From an uncultured Verrucomicrobiae bacterium (lineage in GTDB: Bacteria > Verrucomicrobiota > Verrucomicrobiia > Limisphaerales > JAFGQR01): a DNA stretch of 64,000 nucleotides. How positions within the stretch are numbered: position 1 is the first letter of the stretch; the number at the start of each line of letters is the position of its first letter. This document shows, one piece after another, positions 7,295-18,057 of the stretch. The stretch is taken from assembly GCA_963788655.1 (NCBI GenBank), contig CAWBHS010000059.1:64001-128000 (forward strand), given 5' to 3'. The notes under the pieces are model-generated. The model saw only the letters and a list, made by a program, of their open reading frames with translations. It did not search any database and was not told the origin of the DNA. A program made the position numbers and the translations under genes.

Positions 7295-8584
7295 ATGTCT
7301 GAATCCAAATTGGACTTTGCAGTGACGCGCTTGGGCGAAGCCCGATTTTCTTCGCCCATGAAATTTGTCGAGTTTGCCGACGAACGCCGACGGGTGCTTT
7401 GCAGCGCCGACCTGGAAGAAATCAAAGCCGACCTGGACCAAGACTGCGAACCGCCGGCCTTCGAATTAGCGGGTCCTCGCGAACGCATCTTCTTTGATCC
7501 GGCGCAGGTCAAGTGCGGGATTGTGACGTGCGGGGGGCTCTGTCCGGGATTGAATGATGTGATCCGCGCGATTGTTCTGAGCCTGTATTTTCACTACGGC
7601 GTCCGAACGATTTACGGATTCCGTTACGGCTACGAAGGGCTCATTTCCCGTTACGGCCATCGGCCACTCGCGCTGGATCCGGAGGTCGTGGACCACATCG
7701 GTGACAAGGGCGGCACCATCCTGGGATCGTCGCGGGGCGACCAAAACGCCGCCGAAATGGTGACCAACCTCAAGCAGATGGGCGTGAGCATCCTCTTCAC
7801 CATCGGTGGCGACGGCACGCAGCGCGGCGCGAATGCCATTGCCACCGAAGCGTTGCGACGGGGGCTTGACCTGGCGGTGGTCGGCATTCCCAAGACCATT
7901 GATAACGACATTTCCTTTGTCCAAAACTCGTTCGGTTTTTACACGGCGGCCGCGGAGGCGGGTCGGGTGGTTACCACGGCGCACAACGAAGCCAAAGGGG
8001 CGCGCAACGGCGTGGGCCTGGTGAAACTGATGGGGCGCGAATCCGGTTTCATTGCCGCCTATTCGGCGCTGGCCTCCAGCGAAGTGAATTTCTGCCTGGT
8101 CCCCGAAGTGCCGTTCACCCTCGAGGCCTTCCTGACGGCGCTCAAAATCCGACTGGAACAGCGCGGCCACGCCGTGGTTGTGGCGGCGGAAGGCGCCGGC
8201 CAGGAATTGTTGCCGACCGCGACGGAACGCGATGCTTCGGGCAACCGTCGGCCGGGTGACATTGGCATTTTTCTGCGCGACCGGATCAAGGCTCACTTCA
8301 AGCAAATGGGGATGGAGATGAATTTGAAATACATTGATCCCAGCTACACCATCCGCGGCATTCCGGCCAACGCGTACGATTCGGCGTTCTGCCTGATGCT
8401 GGGCCAGAACGCCGTGCATGCGGGCATGGCCGGATGCACTAACATGATCGTAGGCAACTGGCGCGATGAATACACGCACGTGCCGATTCCGCTCGCCACG
8501 GCCCAACGCAAGAAGATCAATCCGCGGGGCTGGATGTGGAGCAACGTGCTGGCCTGCACCGGCCAACCCCGGGACATGCGTTGA
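7295..8584 (+). CDS. pfkA: ATP-dependent 6-phosphofructokinase
   Basis: TCGGLCPGLN, GGTILGSSRG, IGGDGT, IPKTIDND, KLMGRESG. Confidence 0.9.
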   Translation: MSESKLDFAVTRLGEARFSSPMKFVEFADERRRVLCSADLEEIKADLDQDCEPPAFELAGPRERIFFDPAQVKCGIVTCGGLCPGLNDVIRAIVLSLYFHYGVRTIYGFRYGYEGLISRYGHRPLALDPEVVDHIGDKGGTILGSSRGDQNAAEMVTNLKQMGVSILFTIGGDGTQRGANAIATEALRRGLDLAVVGIPKTIDNDISFVQNSFGFYTAAAEAGRVVTTAHNEAKGARNGVGLVKLMGRESGFIAAYSALASSEVNFCLVPEVPFTLEAFLTALKIRLEQRGHAVVVAAEGAGQELLPTATERDASGNRRPGDIGIFLRDRIKAHFKQMGMEMNLKYIDPSYTIRGIPANAYDSAFCLMLGQNAVHAGMAGCTNMIVGNWRDEYTHVPIPLATAQRKKINPRGWMWSNVLACTGQPRDMR

Positions 8585-8704
8585 AAGGCGGGACCACGAT
8601 CCGTCCGCGAACAATCCGACCCGATGAAACTCACTTCCACCAAGAGCCACGTTATATTTAGGCGTCTGAATCTGTTCGAATCGCAAAGACGTTTTGGGCA
8701 ACTC

Positions 8705-8790
8705 TGTTTCACCGCAAAGGCACGAAGAGCGCAAAGAGTCTCACCAACTCCCACCATCCTTTGTGCTCTCGGTGCCTTTGCGGTGAAACA
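8705..8790. repeat. Inverted repeat / hairpin element
   Basis: TGTTTCACCGCAAAGGCACGAAGAGCGCAAAG (8705-8736) versus CTTTGTGCTCTCGGTGCCTTTGCGGTGAAACA (8759-8790). Confidence 0.8.
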
Positions 8791-8900
8791 AGCCACCCAT
8801 TCCAAAGGGGGCTCACGTCCTTGGGTAGTTTTTCAGCTAAACAACCAGGACTCCACCAATAACCACGCAAGAGTTCATTCACCCACACCGTTTTGATCCT

Positions 8901-10460
8901 ATGGCCCACACCATCTTAAAAATCGGCAGCCTCGTTTTGCTCGGTTGGCTGTTGACCCTGGCACTTCCGTTGCGCGCGGCTTCGGCGACAGACCACGGCG
9001 CCAGTGTCAGCTCGGACACCACCTTTCCTCCGTCCTTGGAAAGCTACGGCGACGCGAACGTGGGCAGCTTATGGGAGGTATTGAAGCACCGCGTTGAGAA
9101 AGAACCGTTCAACCTCTGGGCCACTTTGCTCTTTCTGGCGGCGATCGTTCACACTTTCTTCACGCACAAGTTTCGCCATCTCTCCCACGTGCTCGAAGAC
9201 CGCAACAAGGAGCGCATCCGCCAAACCGGCCGAACCGCGGAAGCCAAACCCTACGTGGACGCCAAGGACGACGTGAGTATTCCGGCGCGCATCTTTCACT
9301 TCCTGGGCGAAGTGGAAGCAGTGTTCGGGATTTGGGTGGTTCCGCTGCTGGTGTTGATGTATCTGCGGGTGGGCGTCGGCCCGGCCAAGGATTACCTCGC
9401 GCACAAAGTCAATTACCAGGAACCGATCTTCGTGGTGGTCATCATGGCGATTGCCGGCACCCGGCCCATTCTGCGGCTGGCAGAAAAGTGCCTGCGACTG
9501 TTTGCCCGGGTGGGCAACGGAACGCCCGCCGCGTGGTGGCTGTCCATTCTCACGTTGGGCCCGTTGCTGGGTTCGTTCATCACCGAGCCCGCGGCCATGA
9601 CCATTGCCGCATTGCTGCTCGCCAAGCAGTTTTATGTCCTCAAGCCGCGGCCTCGTTTTGCATACGCAACGCTGGGCTTGCTCTTCGTCAACATCTCGGT
9701 GGGCGGCACCCTCACACATTTCGCCGCGCCGCCGGTGTTGATGGTGGCCAATTCGTGGAAGTGGGACACGGCGTTCATGTTCACGCATTTTGGCTGGATT
9801 GCGGTCATTGGCATCCTCATTTCCAACGCGCTTTACTTCTTCATATTTCGCAAAGACTTTGCCCGGCTGAATCCGGTGGGCGCCGATGAGAACGATGTGA
9901 AACATTGGAACGAACGGGACGAGCCGATCCCGCTCTGGGTGACCTTAACCCACGTGTTCTTCATGGCCATGGCGGTGATAAACGCTCACTACACGCCCCT
10001 GCTGATCGGTTGGTTCCTGTTCTTCATCGCCTTTTACGAAGTCACCGAGGATTACCAGGCGCATTTCCAGTTGCGCTCGCCAGTCCTGGTGGGCTTCTTC
10101 CTGGCGGGATTGGTGATTCACGGCGGATTGCAGCAATGGTGGATCGCGCCCGTGCTGGGACGCTTGAGCGAACTGCCACTTATGCTCAGCGCCATTGGCC
10201 TAACTGCGTTCAATGACAACGCGGCCATCACCTACCTGAGCACCCTCGTGCCGAACTTGTCGGAAGGCATGAAATACGCCGTGGTCGCCGGCGCGGTTAC
10301 GGGCGGGGGGCTGACAGTCATCGCCAATGCTCCCAATCCGGCTGGCCAATCCATCCTCAACCGACACTTCCCCGACGGCATTTCGCCGCTGGGTTTGCTC
10401 CTTGGTGCGCTGGCGCCCACTGCCATCATAACCCTATGCTTCATCCTGCTGGGCGGCTAG
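8901..10460 (+). CDS. Putative Na+/H+ antiporter (DUF1504-type membrane protein)
   Basis: Multi-TM protein; GSFITEPAAMT, NISVGGTLTHFAAPPVLMV, GGGLTVIANAPNPAG. Confidence 0.8.
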   Translation: MAHTILKIGSLVLLGWLLTLALPLRAASATDHGASVSSDTTFPPSLESYGDANVGSLWEVLKHRVEKEPFNLWATLLFLAAIVHTFFTHKFRHLSHVLEDRNKERIRQTGRTAEAKPYVDAKDDVSIPARIFHFLGEVEAVFGIWVVPLLVLMYLRVGVGPAKDYLAHKVNYQEPIFVVVIMAIAGTRPILRLAEKCLRLFARVGNGTPAAWWLSILTLGPLLGSFITEPAAMTIAALLLAKQFYVLKPRPRFAYATLGLLFVNISVGGTLTHFAAPPVLMVANSWKWDTAFMFTHFGWIAVIGILISNALYFFIFRKDFARLNPVGADENDVKHWNERDEPIPLWVTLTHVFFMAMAVINAHYTPLLIGWFLFFIAFYEVTEDYQAHFQLRSPVLVGFFLAGLVIHGGLQQWWIAPVLGRLSELPLMLSAIGLTAFNDNAAITYLSTLVPNLSEGMKYAVVAGAVTGGGLTVIANAPNPAGQSILNRHFPDGISPLGLLLGALAPTAIITLCFILLGG

Positions 10461-10691
10461 CGGTTGGGAGCTTGGAGCTCTTTGGCCCTCCGTTGGATTT
10501 GGGGCGAGCGGGAATGCCGAAGGGCAGCATCGTTTGCGCAGGTTCAGCCTCTGGGTCGCGACTCAGATGGGCCATTTATATCGAGGACCAGAGGGCAAAT
10601 ATTCAAGAAACTCAATTCGCCCTTGCCCCTCAAGATTTTCCGCGGCCCGACCAGTAAAGTTGCACGAAGGTCGCTCCGCCCACCCGGCTGC

Positions 10692-12641
10692 TTAAGCCGC
10701 TTCGGAGCTGATCTTCTTCGCGGTTTGCGGATCGCCACCGTCCAAACGGGTGCGGACGGTTTGCGCCAACACTTGCGGCCGGTAAGGCTTCTGGATGAAG
10801 TTCACCCCTTCGATCAACTCTTCCTCTGTCGCCCCCACGAGGTCCGCACTGTAACCGCTGGTGAAGATAACTTTCAGCTTCGGATTCTTGACGCGCAGCT
10901 TTTCAACCAGTTGGCAGCCGGTCAGGCCTTCCGGCATGACAACGTCGGTGACCAACAGATCCACTTTGCCGTCCAGTTCCTCCCAGACTTCCAGGGCATG
11001 CATGCCGTTGTTGGCGGTCACAATCCGGTAGCCGTAACGTTCGAGAATGCTTTGCACCAACGCCAGCAGACCGGGCTCATCCTCGACCAACAGGATTTTT
11101 TCCTTCCCGCCCACTTGAGTGAATGGTGCGGGTTTGGCCGATGGCGTCTCGGTTTCGGCAGCAACGTCGGTCGCCGGGAGAAAGATTTTGAAGGTCGTCC
11201 CCTGACCCGGCTGGCTGACCACTTCGATCCAGCCCTTGTGCTGCTGGACAATACCATAGGCGGTAGCCAATCCGAGGCCGGAACCCTTGCCAACGTCCTT
11301 GGTTGTAAAGAACGGTTCAAAGATTCGGTTCACCGCGCTTGGCTCCAGTCCGCGCCCGGTGTCGGCCACGGACAAACACGCGAAATTGCCAACCCGCGCC
11401 TCTGGTTTCAGGCGAACGTAGTGGGCATCGACCGCGAAAGCCGAAGTATGGACTGTGACCTGCCCGCCCTTGGGCATGGCATCGCGGGCATTCATCACCA
11501 GGTTCATGATGATCTGCTCGAGCATGCCGGTGTCGGCTTGGATCAAGGGCACGTCGCCCGAGAAATCGAAGCGCAAGGCGATGTCCTCGCCCAGGGTGCG
11601 CAAGAGCATGTTGGACATGCCGTGGATCACCAGGTTGAGATCGAGGGTGTTCGGTTTGATGACTTGTTTGCGGCTGAACGTCAACAGTTGGCGGGTGAGG
11701 TTGGCGCCCCGTTCGGCCGCGGTGGTGATTTGCTTCAAGGAGGTCAAACTACTGGGCTCCATCGTGGGCTCGGTTTGCAGCAGGCTGGTATGCCCCTGAA
11801 TCACACACAGGAGATTGTTGAAGTCGTGCGCAAATCCGGCGGCCAGCTTGGTGATGGCCTCCAGTTTCTGGGCTTGGCGCGCGTGGATTTCCCGGTTGGA
11901 CCGTTCCGTCAAATCGTAGCACGTCCACAAGACGCACTCCCGTCCGGCGAAGGTCACGACTTCCGCCGAGGCGGCCACGGTCAGCAGTTCCCCCGCCGAT
12001 GAACTTAAGGTGCATTCGACGTCCCGGACGGACCGTTGGTCGCGGACCAACTCCCACCAACTGTCGCGCGCATGGGTATCCGGCCACAATTTCAAATTCA
12101 AATCACTCTGCTCAATGACCTGCCCGCGTTCCCAGCCGATCAAGTTCAGAAAGCTCTCGTTGGCCTCGAGGCAACGCAATTCGTTCAAGGTGCAAATGCA
12201 GTGCGCCGCCGGGGACGCCGCAAACGCCCGCGCCCACTCGGAGGCGGCCTGGTGACCGGCGTCGTGCTTGGCTTGTGCCGACTGTTCGTTGGCCTGGGAA
12301 TTCGCCAGCTCCTCGCTCCTCCGGTTGAATTCGGCGGCCAGCTCGGCCACATCATCGTCCCCGGCGACCGGCACCGGATGGCTCCAATCTCCGGTTTCCC
12401 GTTGGTGGCGGATCGCCCGCAACAGGCAGCCGGTCCGCGCCAGCGCCAGCTCATTCAACAGCAGGATGGCCGTCAGCAGCAACCCACCGCCGCCAACCAG
12501 CAACCGGGACCATGTCCCCGCCGGTTGCGCGCCCGGCGCCGCTGTCGAACCGCCGAACTGGGCGAAAGCCACATAGAGCAATCCAGCCAAAGTGACGAGG
12601 GCCACCCCGGTCACACATGTAAGCCTCGTACTTGAAGTCAT
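10692..12641 (-). CDS. Hybrid sensor histidine kinase/response regulator (TM-HAMP-PAS-HisKA-HATPase-REC)
   Basis: AHDFNNLL H-box, NARDAM, DTGRG, FEPFFTTK, GSGLGL; receiver ILLVEDE...TDVVMP...FTSGY...KP. Confidence 0.92.
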   Translation of the reverse strand: MTSSTRLTCVTGVALVTLAGLLYVAFAQFGGSTAAPGAQPAGTWSRLLVGGGGLLLTAILLLNELALARTGCLLRAIRHQRETGDWSHPVPVAGDDDVAELAAEFNRRSEELANSQANEQSAQAKHDAGHQAASEWARAFAASPAAHCICTLNELRCLEANESFLNLIGWERGQVIEQSDLNLKLWPDTHARDSWWELVRDQRSVRDVECTLSSSAGELLTVAASAEVVTFAGRECVLWTCYDLTERSNREIHARQAQKLEAITKLAAGFAHDFNNLLCVIQGHTSLLQTEPTMEPSSLTSLKQITTAAERGANLTRQLLTFSRKQVIKPNTLDLNLVIHGMSNMLLRTLGEDIALRFDFSGDVPLIQADTGMLEQIIMNLVMNARDAMPKGGQVTVHTSAFAVDAHYVRLKPEARVGNFACLSVADTGRGLEPSAVNRIFEPFFTTKDVGKGSGLGLATAYGIVQQHKGWIEVVSQPGQGTTFKIFLPATDVAAETETPSAKPAPFTQVGGKEKILLVEDEPGLLALVQSILERYGYRIVTANNGMHALEVWEELDGKVDLLVTDVVMPEGLTGCQLVEKLRVKNPKLKVIFTSGYSADLVGATEEELIEGVNFIQKPYRPQVLAQTVRTRLDGGDPQTAKKISSEAA

Positions 12642-13002
12642 GGCATAATTCTTCCAAAGCCCGGAGCGCCACAAGGGCTAGTTGGTTGGCGGTTCCGTGC
12701 AGAGTTTAACCCGTTAATCCCCGACTCCAAAGGAAGTGCGGCTGCATCTCCCGGTGGAAGTCTTGATTATATGTCGGCGCCGCCGGGAATTCCTGAAGAC
12801 CTTGTTTGGCAGGCGAATTGGCGCGGGTGAGCCTTGGCCGACAGCCCCAAGCAATCCGGGTCGAAACCGCTCACGGTTGGCAAAAGCAGATTGCCACGTG
12901 GCCGCGAAGCAGCTATTTGTCTCGAAACGTTTTGATAACTCCGATGCTCTTCGCCGTCCAACTGCCTGACGCGCACGACTTACGTTGAATTGATTTACGC
13001 CT

Positions 13003-13506
13003 ATGACCTCATCGCAATTATTTGCCGCCATGCCGCCGACACTGGCGACGGAAATTCTGGAATTTGCCTTTGCCAACGACAAGCAGCTTTACCGGACCAC
13101 CCTGAACGCCGTGGCGCAAGCCCGCCGGGTGCGGCCCGTGTTCCTCGAGCGTCAACCGCGCGTCGAACGCTTTGCCAACATGGCCACCAGCTTGAGCCGT
13201 TCCCCGCTGATTCTGGCCGCTAACAGCCTGATTAGCACCTGGTTGCTCAAGAAACATGAGTCCATCCTGATCACCTTCCTGGATGCCCTCAAGATTCCGC
13301 ACGAAAAAGGGGTGGTGGAAGAATTGCCGTCCTCGGTGGACGACGAGGCCTTGAAAGCGGCGGTCAACCTACTGGTGGTCAAGTTCCCCGCGCAAATCGT
13401 GGCCATTTATCTGCACGCCTTCAACGAGATGAATGAAGCGCACTGGCCGAATCTCGAAACCATGCTTCAGGACGATTCGCGCCTCCAAATCCACCGCGAT
13501 CGGTAA
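13003..13506 (+). CDS. Hypothetical protein
   Basis: 167-aa ATG ORF with protein-like composition. Confidence 0.7.
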   Translation: MTSSQLFAAMPPTLATEILEFAFANDKQLYRTTLNAVAQARRVRPVFLERQPRVERFANMATSLSRSPLILAANSLISTWLLKKHESILITFLDALKIPHEKGVVEELPSSVDDEALKAAVNLLVVKFPAQIVAIYLHAFNEMNEAHWPNLETMLQDDSRLQIHRDR

Positions 13507-13763
13507 GGCCGAAGTAATGCCCAAGGACCAGAGAATGACCAAAGACCACGCTCTGGTCAGACGGCCGCGGCTCGTTCAAGTTTGAATTGGGTTTGGGGGA
13601 TTGGGTGTTCTTCCCGCACACTGTGGCTAACTCCGGGGATTTAGCGCTTCAGTCCTTCAACCCGAATAACACCTCCCTGCGCACGATATGCCGATTGCCG
13701 GCAAGCCAGGATGTGCAGGATGTTGTCCAAGATGGCATCAAGCCGTTTGCCCACCTTCGCCGC

Positions 13764-14069
13764 TCAGGCTCCCGGTCGCTTGTATTGCGGTATCTTGAGC
13801 GTCTCACCATCCCGGAGCGCTGATTGGTGCGCCACGAATTGGCACACTCCGTAACCGACAATACCGACGTGGACTTTGCGTTCCGAGAACGGCTGCCAGG
13901 GCCGCCGCTCGGCCGGCAAATCAGCCCCTTCCGTTTTACCGGCGAAGCCACCGACCAACAACGCGCCCAACGAACCGGCGCCGAACGTTCCCAGGAAATC
14001 ACGCCGCGGGATGGATGGTTGAGATGGGGAGGATTGCTCTCCGTTCAGGAATGGATTTGACCTGTTCAT
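13764..14069 (-). pseudogene. Internally deleted Tat-exported Gfo/Idh/MocA oxidoreductase
   Basis: Tat motif PRRDFL and Rossmann start KVHVGIVGYGVCQF are joined directly to a C-terminus-like VAHQSALRDGETLKIPQY. Confidence 0.6.
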
Positions 14070-14136
14070 ACCGCGCAATATGGGCGCGGTGCGGGCGGAT
14101 GAAAAGGAATAACCAGGGGGCGCCGCTCGGGCGCAG

Positions 14137-17100
14137 TCATTGAAACGTCAGTTCGCCCCAATGCTGCGGTTCCAGTTTCAGCTCGAACACGGCATCATCC
14201 ACGATGCCGGTGTGCTGGTTGTTCCAGTAGTTGCGCAACCGGGTGCGCTGGCCGGCGGGATCGCCGTACGTCACTCCAAAGTCGCCATGCAGACGCATCC
14301 CATCAGTCGGTTGCACATCCAGCAGCGATAGCGGAACCGCCGCCTCCACCAGATAGCTGTTCCGGCGCAAAGTGACTTTGATTTGGACTTCGGACAACAC
14401 CTCCACCCTGTCCACGATGTATTCCTTGACCACACCGGAGCTGAATGTTTTCGGATGCTTGATCTTGGCGATTGGACGATAAAAGACTGCCGTGGGCGCG
14501 CCTTTGAAATTGCCGATGGAAAGCCGCAGATCGCCCAACCCGGCTTGGTCCCGTTTTGGATCGGCATGGGCGTCCGTGCCGAGTTGGAAGTCCACGGTGT
14601 CGCCGCTCAAATAGAGGTTCTCCGGCGTTTGGGCGCCATTGATCCACGGTGTCTGGTCGTGAACGTCCCAGGCCAGATAAAGCGTCTGGTTATCCCACGC
14701 GGTGACGCTGCGAACGGCGGTATCGTCGGTCTTTTGGTAGCGGACGATTTCCGCGCCTTGGAAATCCCGGTCAAGATTTCCAGTGAACTTCGGCGTGAGC
14801 TTCTTCACGGCAAGCCGCCGCGTACCGACGGTCGTCTGCAACTGCTGTTCGCGAAGAGTCCGTGCCTTTTCCACGTCTGCGGCAGTAACTGTGATCGATC
14901 TTTCGCGCGAGGAGCCGGCATCTGATTGAGCGAGTTTCCGCACCGTCTCCAAGCCCGTGACCTCCAAGTTCCAAAACGCTGTCTTACCGGCCTGCACATA
15001 CAGTTTGCCATCCGGACCTTGGGCAATGCTGCCGCCAAAATCTTCGCCCCCCATGCCCGGCGGACAATGCGTCATGTCCGCGCCCGGCACCGCTCGCTCC
15101 GGCCACTTCACCTTCATCGGATCGCCCTCGAAGAGGCGGGTCAGATAGAAACCGTCTTCGGTCAGGAGGTGCCATTCCCCGACGTTGGTGGGAATGACCC
15201 ACACATTACCAATGGGCTTGGGCAACTGCGCCGTGCCGCACGGACCGTACGAACCGCGAATCATACCGACTGTGGGCGGGCAGGCATTGTGCGAGCCGTG
15301 AACGCCGTTGAAGTTGTCCGGATAGGTCCAGCGAATCTGCCCGCTCGCGATGTCGGCGCACGTGAACAAGGTGTGCGTTTCTCCATAGGCACCACCGCGC
15401 AGCACAAAGCGTCCATCGGCGGAGCCCATTCCACTGATGGGCATTTTCACCGGCTTCGCCAAATCGTACTTCGGCGCGCCACAGGCCGTGAAGCCGATGG
15501 CCTTGAATTGGTTCGCGCCGCTGTAGAGCGTGAGGTCCGGAGCCAGGTTCATATACCAACTGCTGAACCGCAGTTCGCCGTCCGTGCCGGAGATTTCTTC
15601 GGGCTGGCGTTGGCCGTCGCCATTGGCATCGGACCAAACCATCGTGTGCGCCGCCTTGCCGGTTTGGCCATGACCGGTCGTGCCGAACTCTTCGCCGGCT
15701 TTGTCCGTGTAAAAGATCGTCGTGCGCAACCGGTAATCCGCGTCGCCGAGGCGCTCGTAGATGTTCAACGGCCCGGTGTTGAACGCCCAGTTGCCCGCCA
15801 CCGCGAGATAGAGTCGTCCGTTTGCGCCCCGCGCAAAGCGCGAGTTTTCCATACCATTGCGGGTGATGACGGTCGTGCAGTGGGCGCGACCGGTTTGCGG
15901 GTCAAGCCGCCATTCGCAACCCTGGCCAACCATCACGTTCGGATCGGCCGGACAGATCGCACCACCCAGGGCACCGTAACTGGAAGGGCCGAAGAACTCC
16001 TTCACCAATTGGCCGGTTTGGGTGTCCCATACGCTGATGCGTTTCGGCGTGCCGTCGGCCTCCGCGACCCAAAGCTTGCCCTCCGCGTCGATGTCCATGC
16101 GGTTAAGGAACCGCATCCCGTCGGACTGCCAGAGGCCAAGCAATTGACGGCCTCCCGCCCGGCCAATGGTGAGGACGGTTTCCTGGCCTTGCTTGACGAC
16201 AACCTGGTTTTCGGGATCACGTTTGCCAAGGTAAACGCGACCATCTTTGATCAGCAGTTGCGGGGAGTTTTTCGCATTCTTGCCATAAGGCAATTGGTGG
16301 TTTTGGACGAGTTTGCCGGACGCCGGGTCCAATTCCATTAACACTTCCGCGACGTGGAATGCCAACCACAGCTTGCCGTGGTTGAAGAACATTTCGTCCG
16401 CTTTTTCAGGTTTCGTCGTGGCATCGGCCGGCCACAGATTCTTGATCTTCAAATCGGCGCTGTCGGTTCCATCCCATTTCAAGTAGCTGCCATCTTTGGC
16501 GCTGAGCTTGTAGAGGTTCGCGCCTTCCGCGTCCTTGCCGACATTGCCGCCGAGCACGTACAGCACGCCGGCGTCAGCGGCCAACGCCTTCACGCCGGCC
16601 ATGCCACCGCGATTGTTGCTCCACTGGACGCGGCCCTGGAGATCGCAAGCCAGCACGGACTTGCCGGCTTCGGCGCCGTTCCAACCGAGATAGACCTGCC
16701 GGTCGTCCGCGGTCACGGCCACGGGCACGCCATGGTCGCCGCCCCAATTGCCTTTGCCGTCGGGGCTGTCCCACGGTGACTGCCCGCCGTTGCACGCCCA
16801 ACCGCGTAATTTCAGGCCGATGCCGGTATGCACCAACGCACTCCACGTGTACTGGCCGGGCGGCACTGGTTCGCCGGGGCGCGTCCATGACCACGTGGTC
16901 AGGCCGTCCCATTTCACTTCGTGTTGGCCTTGGGTGAAGAACGCACAGTTGAGTAACTGCCGGACTACCTGGCCGTCGGCGTTTCTTAGGTTCAAGGAAA
17001 GGTAACCGTCGAAGGGCATGTTGAAGGGGATCGGGATGAAGCCAGGAAGTTCCTCCGTCTGCCTCAACCCGGACCAATCGACGACCAGTGTGTCTCCTGC

Positions 17101-17902
17101 GCTGTGAACCGGAAACTCGCGCGCGTCGGCCAGTCGAACGGGCTGCGGCACCACGTTGCGGCGGGCTTCCAACGTTGCCGTGCCCCAGCAACGACTTGCC
17201 ATGAACGTAAACACGCGATCCGGGGTGATCCCGGGCTTGAAAATGTCTTTGACCGAAAGGCGGCCCTTCGCGCCGATGGTGAAATTCGGCTCGATGGTCA
17301 GCGTGAAGGCATCGCCGGCCTTGAGCGGTTGGCCGTCGCGCGTGAGCAGTTTCCAGGGCAACGCGATTTCTTGAACATACCCTTTCCCATTCGCATCGAC
17401 GGTGAAGGCCTGCTGTGCGCCGCCTGTTTTCTTGGCGTCTTCGATCACGCCTTCCTTGAAATCGCGACCCTGCTCGAGCTTGATCACATCCGCCCCGTCA
17501 CGCCCTTTCCAACAGGTAAAATGCTGGCCACGTTCCTGCGGCGTGCCGGGCGCGGTGAGGGTGCGTACCTTGCAGACAGTCACCGGCGAAACCGTAATCG
17601 GCAATGGTCTGGCCGGGATTGTTCAGTGGTGTTTCGTCAATGAAATGGGCCAGGAGGTAAAGATTCTCCGCGTCATACATCGCGTGAAACCACAAGGCGA
17701 ATCGCGCACGCTGGTTCTGGACGTCGTCACAAGTGAAGATGCCGCCCGACAGATCCCAATCGTTCGCGTTGCCATCGATGGTCATGTTGCCCGGCGTCGG
17801 CAACACCCGGAGGCCAAGGTTTTCAGTGGGCGTCGCCCGGGCATAAGTCGCAAAGGACAGGCTGACGGACAAAGAGGAGAGTATGAGCAAATGTCGGTGC
17901 AT
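14137..17902 (-). CDS. Large secreted protein (sugar-binding-like ends, FlgD Ig-like domain, beta-propeller); one frameshift near 17569
   Basis: Signal peptide MHRHLLILSSLSVSLSFATYARA and IDGNANDW in ORF 17498..18028 continue (GDCLQ|VRT) into the 1155-aa ORF, which has FlgD-like VRQLL...HEVKWDG...PGQYTW. Confidence 0.7.
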
Positions 17903-18057
17903 AAACTGGTGCAACTTGTTTTGCCAGAACAGGCGTGTTTTCGCAGCAGGAAAGTGCAGGAGATCGCGACTGCGTGGCCAGTCACCTTGGTATAGGTGCC
18001 GCTTTTCCCCGAAACCTTTTGTCGTCACTGGTTATTTTTAGGCTATATTCGAAACCG

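Noticed and set aside
6338..7302. Overlapping ORFs between mscS and pfkA
   Set aside because: They run through REP palindromes and have no protein-like features.
10464..12002. 512-aa plus-strand ORF, and similar long ORFs at 7466..8734, 14926..16341, 31042..32508, 46750..47991, 54641..56050 and 56789..58792
   Set aside because: They are antisense shadows of well-supported genes in GC-rich DNA and have no recognisable motifs.
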